From NCBI GenBank assembly GCA_047285535.1, contig JBJBDC010000001.1:736136-800135 (forward strand): 64,000 bases of DNA. The letters are read 5' to 3'. A model generated the notes under the pieces. That model did no database searches, was not told the DNA's origin, and saw nothing but the letters and a program-made list of their open reading frames with translations. Made by a program: the position numbers and the translations under genes. Source of the DNA: Synechococcus sp. GTDB lineage: Bacteria > Cyanobacteriota > Cyanobacteriia > PCC-6307 > Cyanobiaceae. The first letter of the stretch is position 1. Every line of letters starts with the position of its first letter. This document shows, piece after piece, positions 49,496 through 59,292 of this stretch.

Positions 49496-49709
49496 GCGAT
49501 CAAAGTTTCGGAGCGCTGATGGCTTCGGGTTGCCACAGCTGCGGCAGTGAAAACGCACGGTTGTCGATGCCGCGATTGGGCAAGACAACCTGGTCGTAGA
49601 CGATGAAACCATAAAGGACCAAGTTCAGGCAAAGCGTGGCTGAAAACCAGGTCTGCACGGGTTGTTAGCAGACCGTGCAGTCTGCTGTGATCGCCCCTGG
49701 CGCCAACGC

Positions 49710-50336
49710 CTAGGCCGATTCAGACACTCCTACGACTGCAGCAAAGGGGTCCCAATCAGCATCACAGTGCCAGTCGTATTCAGCGAAATTGGCGGCCTGC
49801 TCGGCGGCCTGGCGGCTGACCAGCTTGGCAATCACCGCCAGCGACATATCGATGCCAGCCGATACACCCGATGAGGTGAAGAACTTGCCATCTTCCACCC
49901 AGCGCGCTTGCAGTTGCCACTGCACGTTGGCGCTCTGAGAGGCCGCCCAGGCGAAGGCCAGCTTGTTGCTGGTGGCACGGACCCCATCGAGCACCCCCAC
50001 CTTGGCCAGCAGGGCGCTACCGGTGCAGACTGAGGCAACCAGTTCAGCCTGCTGCGAGCGCTCCTTCAACCAATCGAGCAGCACTGGATTATCGACTTCC
50101 CGTCTGGTGCCAATGCCGCCTGGAACCAGCAGCACGTCGATGGCAGGGGCGGTGGTGAATGAATCGTCGCTGACGCTTTTGGGGCCCTGGCGGCTGGCCA
50201 CCACGCCTCCGTTTTCGCAGATCAAGCGGATCTCGAAATGATCGGCCACCAAGCCGAACATCTCCAACGGTCCAAACACATCGAGCAGTTCAAAGCCCTC
50301 AAAGAGGACAACGCCAATGGTTCGTTTGCGCTTCAT
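49710..50336 (-). CDS. DJ-1/PfpI family protein (isonitrile hydratase-like)
   Basis: 'FELLDVFGP.E', 'LLVPGG.G', 'SVCTGS', 'RWVEDGK..TSSGVSAGIDM'. Confidence 0.9.
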   Translation of the reverse strand: MKRKRTIGVVLFEGFELLDVFGPLEMFGLVADHFEIRLICENGGVVASRQGPKSVSDDSFTTAPAIDVLLVPGGIGTRREVDNPVLLDWLKERSQQAELVASVCTGSALLAKVGVLDGVRATSNKLAFAWAASQSANVQWQLQARWVEDGKFFTSSGVSAGIDMSLAVIAKLVSRQAAEQAANFAEYDWHCDADWDPFAAVVGVSESA

Positions 50337-50376
50337 CAGCGGGTCCTTCTTGGTGACTTTCGTTGGCAGCGCTGCC

Positions 50377-52047
50377 TCAGCCCTGAGCCGGAAGCATCAG
50401 GATTTGAGAGGCATCGAGAATCTGGTTCAGCTCGCCTGAGTTGGGTGTAGTGAGCTCCAACACCGTCGACTTGTCTCCTCGCCAGACGATGCGAGCTGAA
50501 TTGAGCTTGATCCCGGCTTGCTGGCAGCGATGGGTGAGTGATCCAAGCGCACCAGCATGGTCGTCAATTTTCACCAGAGCTGAATCATTGCCAGCCTGGC
50601 TGAAATTCATCTGGCTGATCACAGAGGAGTCATGATCGCAGATCGCCACCCGCGCTGAGCCGTACTTGTTCTCATTGATCAGGAGATTGATTATCTCAAT
50701 CGCTCTGTCCCGTTCCTCCACAGTCAAGATCAGCAGGCAGCCCTCGTCGATCGAGGAGGACTTCATATCAAGGATTGAAATCCCGGCATTGCCCATGGCC
50801 GTTGCCACAGCATCAAGAAGATCAACACCGGAGCTGCCAATCAAGATGATCTCTTGCGAGGGCTGAGTTCGCTCGCCTGTCGAGCCAATCGGCACCAGGC
50901 GGCTTGATGATGGCTGACTTGCTGCTACGGGCTTGGCCTTGATGTCGGCCACCAAGCGATCCACCTGATCAGTGCTGACATTGGGCATGGTGATCAGATG
51001 CGATACAGGACCATGGGTTGCCAATTGCCAGGTCTCGACAACGGACTGCAATGGCCGGTCAAACACCACCGTGTTGGAGTAAGGGTGCCTCCAGGCATGT
51101 TGCCCAGCTTTGTTGAGTTCGCGAACGGCGTACTCAGCGCGCTCCAGGCACTGCTGAATGAGCTGGCAAAAGCCTGATTGACCAAACTTTTTGATCGCAT
51201 ACCAGAGAAATAGTGGGGCAATCCCGTTCCGTGATCCGGTCAAGGTGGTATCCATCGAGCCGATGTATTCCACGCTCTGCGCAATCCGCGTCATGTTGTC
51301 TTTTTTGGCCAAGACAACGCCGCATGGAATCGGTGAGCCGATCATCTTGTGGCCGCTAATGGAAAGGCTGTCGACGCCATGGGCAAAGTTCCAGGCTGGT
51401 GCATCGTTGACAAACGGCAGGATCATGCCGCTAAGCGCACAATCGGCATGCAGATATTTCCTGGGAATCGCCAGATCGTGAAAGATGGCGTTGATGCCAT
51501 CGATATCATCAACAGCGCCTTTCATCGTTGTGCCGACATTGGCACAAATGATCGGCGGGCTGGTGCGATTCAGTCGCAGGCTCTCGCGCAGATCATTGAG
51601 ATCCATTGTCCCGTCAGAGTTGGAGCGGATCATGATGCTTGGCAGGTTCAAGCAACGCAGAATTTTTCCAACGGAATAATGGGTTTCTTGTGAGTAGTAG
51701 ACGATGCCATCAGGCAGGATCTCCCGGGCCAGAAATAGGCCATAGTGGTTGCCTTCTGTGCCGCCATTGGTGACGTAACCCCAGGTTTTCCCAGCAGGAG
51801 CTTGGGTGAGCTCTTCAAAGAATTTCAGGACCTCAAGCTCAAAGCGATGGGTGTTGAGGTGATAGTTGCTGGGGACGTATGGGTCGCCAATGTTGTTAAT
51901 GGGATAGGTCAGAAACCGGTACAAGGCTTCGTAATTGAAGTCCCCATTGCAGGGATAGCCAATCAGCTTGTCTTTTTCGGCAATGAGATGGGCTTCAAAT
52001 TCGTTGAGTGTTGTCTGAATCGAATCAAGACCTTGATCAAAAGTCAT
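50377..52047 (-). CDS. PLP-dependent histidine decarboxylase-like (group II) enzyme with C-terminal tandem ACT-like domains
   Basis: 'GYP', 'NNIGDP', 'WGYVTNGGTEGN', 'THYSV.K', 'GTTMKGAVD', 'HADCAL.G', PLP Lys 'SGHKMIG'; about 170 extra C-terminal residues. Confidence 0.85.
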   Translation of the reverse strand: MTFDQGLDSIQTTLNEFEAHLIAEKDKLIGYPCNGDFNYEALYRFLTYPINNIGDPYVPSNYHLNTHRFELEVLKFFEELTQAPAGKTWGYVTNGGTEGNHYGLFLAREILPDGIVYYSQETHYSVGKILRCLNLPSIMIRSNSDGTMDLNDLRESLRLNRTSPPIICANVGTTMKGAVDDIDGINAIFHDLAIPRKYLHADCALSGMILPFVNDAPAWNFAHGVDSLSISGHKMIGSPIPCGVVLAKKDNMTRIAQSVEYIGSMDTTLTGSRNGIAPLFLWYAIKKFGQSGFCQLIQQCLERAEYAVRELNKAGQHAWRHPYSNTVVFDRPLQSVVETWQLATHGPVSHLITMPNVSTDQVDRLVADIKAKPVAASQPSSSRLVPIGSTGERTQPSQEIILIGSSGVDLLDAVATAMGNAGISILDMKSSSIDEGCLLILTVEERDRAIEIINLLINENKYGSARVAICDHDSSVISQMNFSQAGNDSALVKIDDHAGALGSLTHRCQQAGIKLNSARIVWRGDKSTVLELTTPNSGELNQILDASQILMLPAQG

Positions 52048-52215
52048 GGCAATCCAGCGGATGCATTCAGGTTGTCACCGCAGCTCAAGTAGGGAATTTT
52101 GAGTCGCCTGAGCCCAGGCTGAGAGTTTGCTGTGATGCCTCAGCCCGGCTTGTTGACAGCGACGAACGCCCAGATGGCTAGTCATTCAATGCTGTCTATT
52201 CAGGGCTGACCCTCC

Positions 52216-53889
52216 TTACGACGAACAGCTGTAGTGGGAGACACCACCAGCGTTGAAGAACTCGCGCGGCTTGAGCTGGTCGTAGCGAGCGAGCTCAGCA
52301 GGAGGGGCTTGGTAGGGCGTGCTGAACACCCGCTGCAGCTCCTTGATCAAGGTGGTGTCGCCCTCTCTGGCTTGCTCATAGGCCGGGGCTACCAGCCACT
52401 CGCGCCAGGTGATCGCTGGGTTGGCGCGTTTCATCACAGCTGAGGCACCATCCAGATCGCCTTGGCTCTCCAGTAGCGCACGCCAGCGCTGCAGCCAGCT
52501 GCTCCATTTGCCATCGAGCTCATCTGTGCTGCCCTCATAGAAGCTGGCTTTGAGCGGTTCGATCGTTTCGGGGATCTCGGAGAGCTGGCGGAAAAAGATC
52601 GTGTAATCCAGCTTCGAGGTCAACATCAGCCCCAGGAGTTCCTGCAACAGCTCAGGGGCTGGGGCGCTCATCAGGCCCAGCTTGCTGGCCCACATCGCAT
52701 TGATCGCGTCTGCCATCGCATCACCAAAGCCATCACGCACGGCATCGAGCTCGGCTTCTGCTGCGGTGTTGTCAGCCAGCAGCGGCCGAAGGGCCTTCCA
52801 GAACATCTGATAGTTGGCTTCTGCCGCCGATGGTTGGTTGAAGAAACAGAAGTGCTCGCCGCCGCCAGTCCAAGGCTGGAAGCGCAGATCAAACAGTTCG
52901 CAGAACCCAAAGGGGCCGTAGTCGAGCGTGAAGCCACCGGCGGCGCAGTTGTCGCTGTTGAAGTTGCCTTGGCAGTAGCCAACCCGTATCCAGTTGGCGA
53001 CCAGAGCTGTGAGCCGGCCGCGGAACAACCGCGCCAGCTCCACCACCTGATCAGCAAACGGCAGGTTTGGATCGATCTCCCCTTGGTAGTTCCGCTCGAT
53101 CAGGTGCTCCACGATCATCCGCAGCTCGTTCATCGCCTCGGGGTGGGCATTGCTGCGGGCGCGGCGGGCAAACAACTCGAGCTGACCTACGCGCAAAAAC
53201 GATGGGGCCACGCGGGTGCTGATCGCCGCTGGGTTGTCCACCAGGATGTCGGGATCAAAGGAGCGTGAGTTCTCCGAATACCAGGGCCGCCGCACGTTCT
53301 CAGCGCGCGACATATAGAGCGTCAAAGAGCGCGAGGTGGGCACGCCCAACGCATGCATCAGCTCTTGGGCCAGAAACTCCCTAACGCTGGAGCGCAGCAC
53401 AGCGCGACCATCAGCGCCGCGGCAATAGGGGGTGGGGCCGCCACCCTTGAGTTGCATCTCCCAGCGTTTGCCGTTGAAGACGCCTTCAAAAATCGAGATC
53501 GCCCGCCCATCGCCGTAGCCATTGCCCGTACCAAAGGGACATTGCTGGATGTATTCGGTGCCGTAGATCGAGAGGGCATAGCCCGTGGCCCAGCCATAGG
53601 GCCGCATGGGGGCAGTGGCCACACGGCTATCACCACTGAAGAGGCGTTGAAACTGCTCGTCTTGGGCTAGCCCATCGCTGAGGCCCAGCTCCTTAAAAAG
53701 CTCGCTGCTGTGGGCCAGGTATTCCGGTTCAGGAATCGCCGTTGGCGTCACCGGCACGTAGTGACCGGAGTACACCTGCCTGAGCACATGATCATCTCCA
53801 TCGCTGCTGGCCTCGGGGTCGGCCCGCAGCGATTGCATCAAGGAGTAGTCGGCCTGTTGGCTGAATTCCACGAAGCTGGATGTGGTCAT
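52216..53889 (-). CDS. selO: protein adenylyltransferase SelO (YdiU) family
   Basis: 'YGDGRA', '[30 protein letters not shown]', '[13 protein letters not shown]', 'LDYGPFG', C-terminal 'SCSS'. Confidence 0.9.
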   Translation of the reverse strand: MTTSSFVEFSQQADYSLMQSLRADPEASSDGDDHVLRQVYSGHYVPVTPTAIPEPEYLAHSSELFKELGLSDGLAQDEQFQRLFSGDSRVATAPMRPYGWATGYALSIYGTEYIQQCPFGTGNGYGDGRAISIFEGVFNGKRWEMQLKGGGPTPYCRGADGRAVLRSSVREFLAQELMHALGVPTSRSLTLYMSRAENVRRPWYSENSRSFDPDILVDNPAAISTRVAPSFLRVGQLELFARRARSNAHPEAMNELRMIVEHLIERNYQGEIDPNLPFADQVVELARLFRGRLTALVANWIRVGYCQGNFNSDNCAAGGFTLDYGPFGFCELFDLRFQPWTGGGEHFCFFNQPSAAEANYQMFWKALRPLLADNTAAEAELDAVRDGFGDAMADAINAMWASKLGLMSAPAPELLQELLGLMLTSKLDYTIFFRQLSEIPETIEPLKASFYEGSTDELDGKWSSWLQRWRALLESQGDLDGASAVMKRANPAITWREWLVAPAYEQAREGDTTLIKELQRVFSTPYQAPPAELARYDQLKPREFFNAGGVSHYSCSS

Positions 53890-53970
53890 GACACTGAGCT
53901 CTTCAAGACCATCATCAGCTTCATTGAGGAGTTCTGTGCCACTCCACCACGGTGATGGTTATCCCATGGG

Positions 53971-54315
53971 TTAGGCCGTATGTCGTTTGGGATATAAATG
54001 AGCCCAACTCTCAGCCGCCATGTTGTCCGTCACTACAAGCTGGTAGGCCTGGCTGGTCAAGATTTCTGCCACAGCTTCTGCAGGACGTTGTACTGATCGA
54101 CTTGCTGGAAGTTGTTGACTGAGGACTTGATGCATGCGCATCAAGTACCAGGCAGTGCTGTCTAAACCAGCATTGAACTTCGACCACATGTCTTGATTTC
54201 TGCGGGCATTCAGAATCATGTCTGCAGCGTTGTGAGCTTGATCAGCCGCTGTCACAAGCAAGGATTCGACAGGTTTGTGAGCTGGAGATTCAAGATGAAG
54301 AGTTTTTCTAAACAT
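53971..54315 (-). CDS. hypothetical protein
   Basis: 114-aa ATG ORF with a GGAG RBS-like sequence upstream. Confidence 0.5.
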   Translation of the reverse strand: MFRKTLHLESPAHKPVESLLVTAADQAHNAADMILNARRNQDMWSKFNAGLDSTAWYLMRMHQVLSQQLPASRSVQRPAEAVAEILTSQAYQLVVTDNMAAESWAHLYPKRHTA

Positions 54316-54462
54316 CCATGGCTCCTTCTCTCCGGATAGAACGTCCTACAAAGCCACTCTTTTGATTCGAGTTTTCCAGGTCAATTCTGATTTTCTATCC
54401 CCTATACGGGAGATGTCTAAGGGGCAAGTCAAGAAGAACCTGGCGACAGCAAAATTCTCTCA

Positions 54463-54750
54463 ATGGCTCCTGTTCTGCTTTTCATCACCGGCGTGCTCGC
54501 TGGGTTGATTGCCGGCTTCATCCTCAGCCGGATGTTTGGCCGAAGCAGAATCGGTGATGGCTCTAGTGAGATCCGGTTGTTGAAAGAACGCCTCCTGAAG
54601 GCCGATCAGGGCCTGACGCAATTCAGTCAAAAGCTGGAATCGCAAAGCTCGGAGCTCCGAGCAGCGCAACAGCAGGCCCAATCACCACGGTTCGCCACTG
54701 GTGCCAACTGGCGCGCAACGTCTCCGTTGAGCAACATACGGCGAGTCTGA
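54463..54750 (+). pseudogene. 5' fragment of rmuC (first about 73 codons) with an unrelated tail
   Basis: 'MAPVLLFITGVLAGLIAGFILSRMFGRSR...LLKADQGL.QFSQ.LE.QSSELR.AQQQAQ' is nearly identical to the 18271 N-terminus. Confidence 0.9.
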
Positions 54751-54761
54751 CCAGGCCGCTG

Positions 54762-56000
54762 ATGCGCTCAGGATTTCTCAAAGCCCTCGGACCGGGAATT
54801 GTTCTGTCGGCGGCATCGATCGGTGGTTCCCATCTGGTCGCCTCAACCCAGGCGGGAGCTCTCTACGGATTGGGTCTGTTGGGGTTGCTGCTTCTCGCCA
54901 ACCTTTTCAAATATCCCTTTCTGTTGATCGGCAGCCGTTTCACCGCAGTAACCGGCCGCAGTCTTTTGGAGGGCTATCAGCACCAGAGCCCATGGTTTCT
55001 ACCGCTCTACCTGCTGATCACCCTCAGCACGGGAGTTGCCAACATCGCAGCTGTCAGCTCCTTGGCTGGCAGCTTGGCGACTGCGTTGGTTCCAGGCTCC
55101 CCGCAGGCTCTGGGATTACTGGCACTGTCGATCTGCCTAGTGGTGTTGCTGCTGGGGCAATACCGCAGCCTGGATCGGCTCAGTAAGGCAGTCGTGGCTC
55201 TACTGGTTTTGTGCACCCTGGTGGCAGCTGTGGCGACCTTGATCCGTGGCCCAGCCGCTGGTTTTGCCGTGATGTTCACCCCCAGCCCCTGGACCTGGGG
55301 CTCCTTGCCGTTTCTGGTTGCTCTGTTGGGGTGGATGCCATGCCCGCTGGATCTGTCCGCCTGGACATCGCTTTGGATTTATGCCCGAGAACAGGATTCA
55401 GGCCATACAAGCAGCCGCTCTGAAGTGGAGGCTGATTTCAACATCGGTTATGCCGCGACGGTGCTGATGGCGGTGTTGTTTCTGGTGCTGGGAGCGTGGG
55501 TGATGCATGGCACCGGGACGGAGTTTTCCCAGGCTGGAGCAGCCTTCTCCCAGCAGCTCATCGAGCTTTACACCGTCAGCTTGGGAGCTTGGGCCTATCT
55601 CTTGATTGCACTGGCAGCGCTGTTGACGATGTTCAGCACGGTGCTCACCTGCCTTGATGGCTACCCGCGCTCGGCGTCTGCATCGGTTCGATTGCTGCAA
55701 GGTCATCGCGGCATGGCCGTGCTGAACAACAGCAACCAGCGGCTTTGGATGCTGCTGCATTTCGCCTTGGCCTCTGCTGTCCTTCTGTGGTGGTCTGGTT
55801 CGATGGGTGCGCTGGTCACCTTGGCGATGTGGGTGTCGTTTGTGACCACACCGGTTCTGGCATGGATGAATTGGCGGGTGATGCAGAGCCGTCAAGTTGC
55901 CCCTCAAGACCGATTTGGCCCGGCCATGAGCTGTTTGGCTGCGATCAGTCTCGGCGTGCTGAGCCTGTTTGTTGTTCTTTTCGGAATCAGCATTGTTTGA
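54762..56000 (+). CDS. NRAMP-like divalent metal transporter
   Basis: 'LGPGIV.SAASIGGSHLVASTQAGA.YG', 'NLFKYPF', 'LGWMP.P.D', 'MFST.LT..DGYPR'. Confidence 0.85.
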   Translation: MRSGFLKALGPGIVLSAASIGGSHLVASTQAGALYGLGLLGLLLLANLFKYPFLLIGSRFTAVTGRSLLEGYQHQSPWFLPLYLLITLSTGVANIAAVSSLAGSLATALVPGSPQALGLLALSICLVVLLLGQYRSLDRLSKAVVALLVLCTLVAAVATLIRGPAAGFAVMFTPSPWTWGSLPFLVALLGWMPCPLDLSAWTSLWIYAREQDSGHTSSRSEVEADFNIGYAATVLMAVLFLVLGAWVMHGTGTEFSQAGAAFSQQLIELYTVSLGAWAYLLIALAALLTMFSTVLTCLDGYPRSASASVRLLQGHRGMAVLNNSNQRLWMLLHFALASAVLLWWSGSMGALVTLAMWVSFVTTPVLAWMNWRVMQSRQVAPQDRFGPAMSCLAAISLGVLSLFVVLFGISIV

Positions 56001-56683
56001 GGTTCAGGAGTGCGCAGTTTTTCTTCCCAGCGCTTGTGTTCTGTGAACTGGATGGTTCTGCTTCAGTTCGCCAAACGGATATCCGGGCCACCACCTTTGC
56101 GGGAGGAAGGTGGGGTGAGGCGGCGGCCATTGATGGTGCCTATCGCCGACAGCAGTAACCAAATGAGTCGCGACAACATTGCGGCGTTGGAACCCGCCTG
56201 GGCGGCGAAGAATGGCCGGCTCCTGTCAGTTCTGTTGCAACCGCGACAGGCGGAAGGGCATGAGAACGGGAATGATCAGCACAGTTATTTTTTGACCGAT
56301 GGGATTCCTTGCTGTTGCTGGTTGCATGCTTTTGGCCACTGCCATGTCCACAGCTTTGACCAGCAAGCCTTCGAAAGCCTGAGGTTGGGAGGGGGCGAGC
56401 TTGTCGGCGGCCCCCAACAGATCAGGCCAGCTTCAAAACAAAGCGCTGAACAGACCTAGGTAAAACCTAGGTTTTTTTGTACTCCTGGGTACTAAGTATT
56501 AATGCCTGATTGCTTGTCGAATGGGTGTTCGTGCGTCGCGATCCAGGCATGCCACCGATGCGGCAACCGGCGTGGCCAGTGATGCTGTTTAGCGCCGGGG
56601 TGGGTGGTTTGGCCCTGGCCTGATCCATTCCTCTGCAGAATCAGTGCATTGATGGGGAGCTTGGTGGCTGGAGCTGGTGTGAA

Positions 56684-57352
56684 TCCTGCTGATCAGGGCT
56701 TGCTTGGTGTTTTGCATTGGTCTCAGACAGCATTGCCAACAACCATTCGATCCGTTGGAGACGTTGATCGAGCTTCGTTTCAAGGCTGGTGAGCCGTTCT
56801 TCGAATTTCGTTTCACTGAGAGCCTTGCTCCGGCTGCAACTCGTGGTGGCTTTAACAGGCCAGGTACCGCTTTGATAGGTCTGAACAATCACCGCCCAGG
56901 TCGGTTTTTTAGGAGCGGGTCCGATTTGGCTTTCAATCCAAGCCTTTGCCTCCGCAACCTTGCCGAAGCGCTTTTCTGCGCTTGCTGCGCAGTCAGTCCG
57001 GACAAATCCTTTGGAAATCACTGGTGTAGCGAATGCCTTTGCATTCGATCTGGGGCTGGATCGCATTGGTGCTCAATGTCGTTATTGAACGATCGAGTTG
57101 ATCAGGATTGGCTTGCTGGAGATCCCCTTCCATTGCGCACTTTGTTGAACTTCAAGCCTTTTTTCTACAGAAGCCAACAGGGAATTTGCACTGCTTCTCA
57201 GCATGAACTCAGTGAACTTTGAGGAAAGAGTCTTGGCATCTTTCGTCCTATTCATCGACACTACAGGAGCCTGATTCAATCCGTTGGTATTGATTGCCAT
57301 AGCTAGTAGCTACACCGCTCGCGATCCGAGCACCACAACCTCCCAGTTGAGA
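56684..57352 (-). pseudogene. degenerate copy of hypothetical genes A+B and their upstream region, with an internal deletion of about 550 bp
   Basis: 56684-56975 matches about 38036-38330; 56978-57352 matches about 38885-39260; frameshifted fusion ORF 56641-57066. Confidence 0.88.
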
Positions 57353-57568
57353 TGTATCGCTGGGTTGTCAGGCACAGATCCACTACATCGGTGCTAGAGA
57401 ATCCATCGACATCCATGGTGTTATCAAGATCCCAGTGGTCTCTTGCTGCCAAGCAGGCAACTTCCCATTTCAGGATCATGGCGTGATTGTTTTGAGGGTC
57501 TATTAATGTCGGAGTCTGGTCTTCTTACACAACAAAGCCCTGATATCCAGTTGGCCAATTGCCTTTGG

Positions 57569-57648
57569 CGTTGCTTGATGCACGTCGACCAACACCCGCG
57601 ATCACCAGGCGCATCCACTGGAATAACCGCTGGATCGAAGCCCTGCGG
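57569..57648 (-). pseudogene. internal fragment of a TM0106 gene
   Basis: 'GFDPAVIPVDAPGDRGCWSTCIKQR' versus intact 'GFDPAVIPEDAPGDHGGWSTFIEQR' (about 29919-29995). Confidence 0.82.
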
Positions 57649-57696
57649 CAGGACAGAGTCGATGACTGAGCTGCAGCAGTCGATGGGAGCGCTGGG

Positions 57697-59292
57697 ATGA
57701 ACAGCGCACTTGGCATCGTTGTGGCGTCGGTGGCTGCATTCACTGGTGGCATCCTCATCCACCGGTTACTTCAGCAGCAAAGACGCCAGAACAGCACTCA
57801 CACACCCACAAAAGGGCCGACTCAGCAGCAGGAAGCAGCCGCCAGGCCAGCAACCGGACTGGTGATGCCGTCGCAGCATGTGCCGCTTCCCGAAGCACCT
57901 GCCAGACCAGCAGCAGCAATGACTTCCTCGGCAGCGGTGCCGCCTGCGCCGGAGCGTGGCCCGCTGGTCGTTCGGCTGCACTACCGCAGGAGCGGAGGAG
58001 ACATCGGTGAATACAAGGGGACCATGCTGAGCCGCAGGCCCGATGACGCCGGGATGCGGCTCGTCAACCTGAGGCTGGACGGCGAGAGATTCGTGAAGCC
58101 ATTCCTGATGGAGCGCATGCTTCGCCTTGAACTGGTCGAGCACAACCGGATCATCGAAGGTGCCGAGTCCATCCAGAACGAACTGCTGCGGCGACTGGAG
58201 ATCGGTCGTCGACGCCGGAAAGCGGATCCCCGCCCGAAGACCACATCATCCTCGGCATCCACTGCATCTTCAGCTACTGCATCATCAGCTGCGGTTGCAC
58301 CTGCCCCTGAACAACAACTCAGTGAGCTGCTGCCTGAGGGCGCACGCGGCTTCGCGGTGTTTGACCTGGAAACAACCGCTCTCAGCATCCACAGCGCACG
58401 GATCGTGGAGATCGCCCTGGTGCTTGTCGATCCTGATGGTTCGGTGACGGATGAATGGGTCAGCCTGATCAATCCAGAGGAATCGATCGGTAACAGCAGC
58501 ATTCACGGAATCAGCGATGCCATGGTGCGTTCAGCCCCTGTTTTCGCAGCGCTGGCACAGACAATCGCCAACCATCTGCATGGCCGCGTGCCGGTTGCCC
58601 ACAACCTGAACAGCTACGACCTGCCGATCCTGAAACGGCATTTCGCAGAGGTGCCCGGTCTGACAATTGAGCTCGGTGACGGCATCGACACGATGCCTCA
58701 CCCTCGCCGCAAACTCAGCACCCTGTGCAGACAACACGGCATCGAGCTGAAGGATGACGATGCCCATACAGCGCTTGGCGACACCAGGGCACTAGCCGCT
58801 CTGCTGTGCAGCAAACCTGGTCATCTAAGGCCTGCAAGCGTTGCCGCATCAACCGCTGGCGCCTTCCCTCCCCTTGGAGACAGCGCAGCACTGACGCGCT
58901 CGGATTCGAACAGAGCACAGGATCAGCAGCCGCAGCCGGCACAGCCGAAAACCAGAACAGGTGAATGGGTCATCCATTCGCTGGATCTCAAGCCAGGTCT
59001 GGAATTCATGGCAACAGGGCCCAAATCAAAGGGTGTCGACACGGAAATCCGCCGGGGCGAGGCCCACGGAGAACAACTTGGTCTGCACTACAAAAAACGG
59101 AACAACATCCCTAAACGGACCCCGCCCGCTTTCCTGCTCAGCACAAGCCTCAGGCTTGCGACCTGCAAGATGCGCGAAGCCCGCGAGCAGGGTCTAGCGG
59201 TTGTGACGGTGGCTGATCTGATGCGTTGCGCATGCGGCGATTCAGTGCGTGCCCATCGCTGGTGCGCCGATGGAAGCCCAGGCGATGGCTGA
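57697..59292 (+). CDS. membrane-anchored DEDDh 3'-5' exonuclease (DnaQ-like) with WYL-like and BRCT-like domains
   Basis: N-terminal TM; ExoI 'VFDLETT', ExoII 'AHN...YD', ExoIII 'AHTALGD'; C-terminal 'FMATG...FLL...CKMREAREQGLAVVT' BRCT-like. Confidence 0.8.
   Translation: MNSALGIVVASVAAFTGGILIHRLLQQQRRQNSTHTPTKGPTQQQEAAARPATGLVMPSQHVPLPEAPARPAAAMTSSAAVPPAPERGPLVVRLHYRRSGGDIGEYKGTMLSRRPDDAGMRLVNLRLDGERFVKPFLMERMLRLELVEHNRIIEGAESIQNELLRRLEIGRRRRKADPRPKTTSSSASTASSATASSAAVAPAPEQQLSELLPEGARGFAVFDLETTALSIHSARIVEIALVLVDPDGSVTDEWVSLINPEESIGNSSIHGISDAMVRSAPVFAALAQTIANHLHGRVPVAHNLNSYDLPILKRHFAEVPGLTIELGDGIDTMPHPRRKLSTLCRQHGIELKDDDAHTALGDTRALAALLCSKPGHLRPASVAASTAGAFPPLGDSAALTRSDSNRAQDQQPQPAQPKTRTGEWVIHSLDLKPGLEFMATGPKSKGVDTEIRRGEAHGEQLGLHYKKRNNIPKRTPPAFLLSTSLRLATCKMREAREQGLAVVTVADLMRCACGDSVRAHRWCADGSPGDG

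Noticed and set aside
52216..52240. Selenocysteine at the SelO C-terminus
   Set aside because: The ORF ends 'YSCSS' with a TAA stop; Cys form, no in-frame TGA
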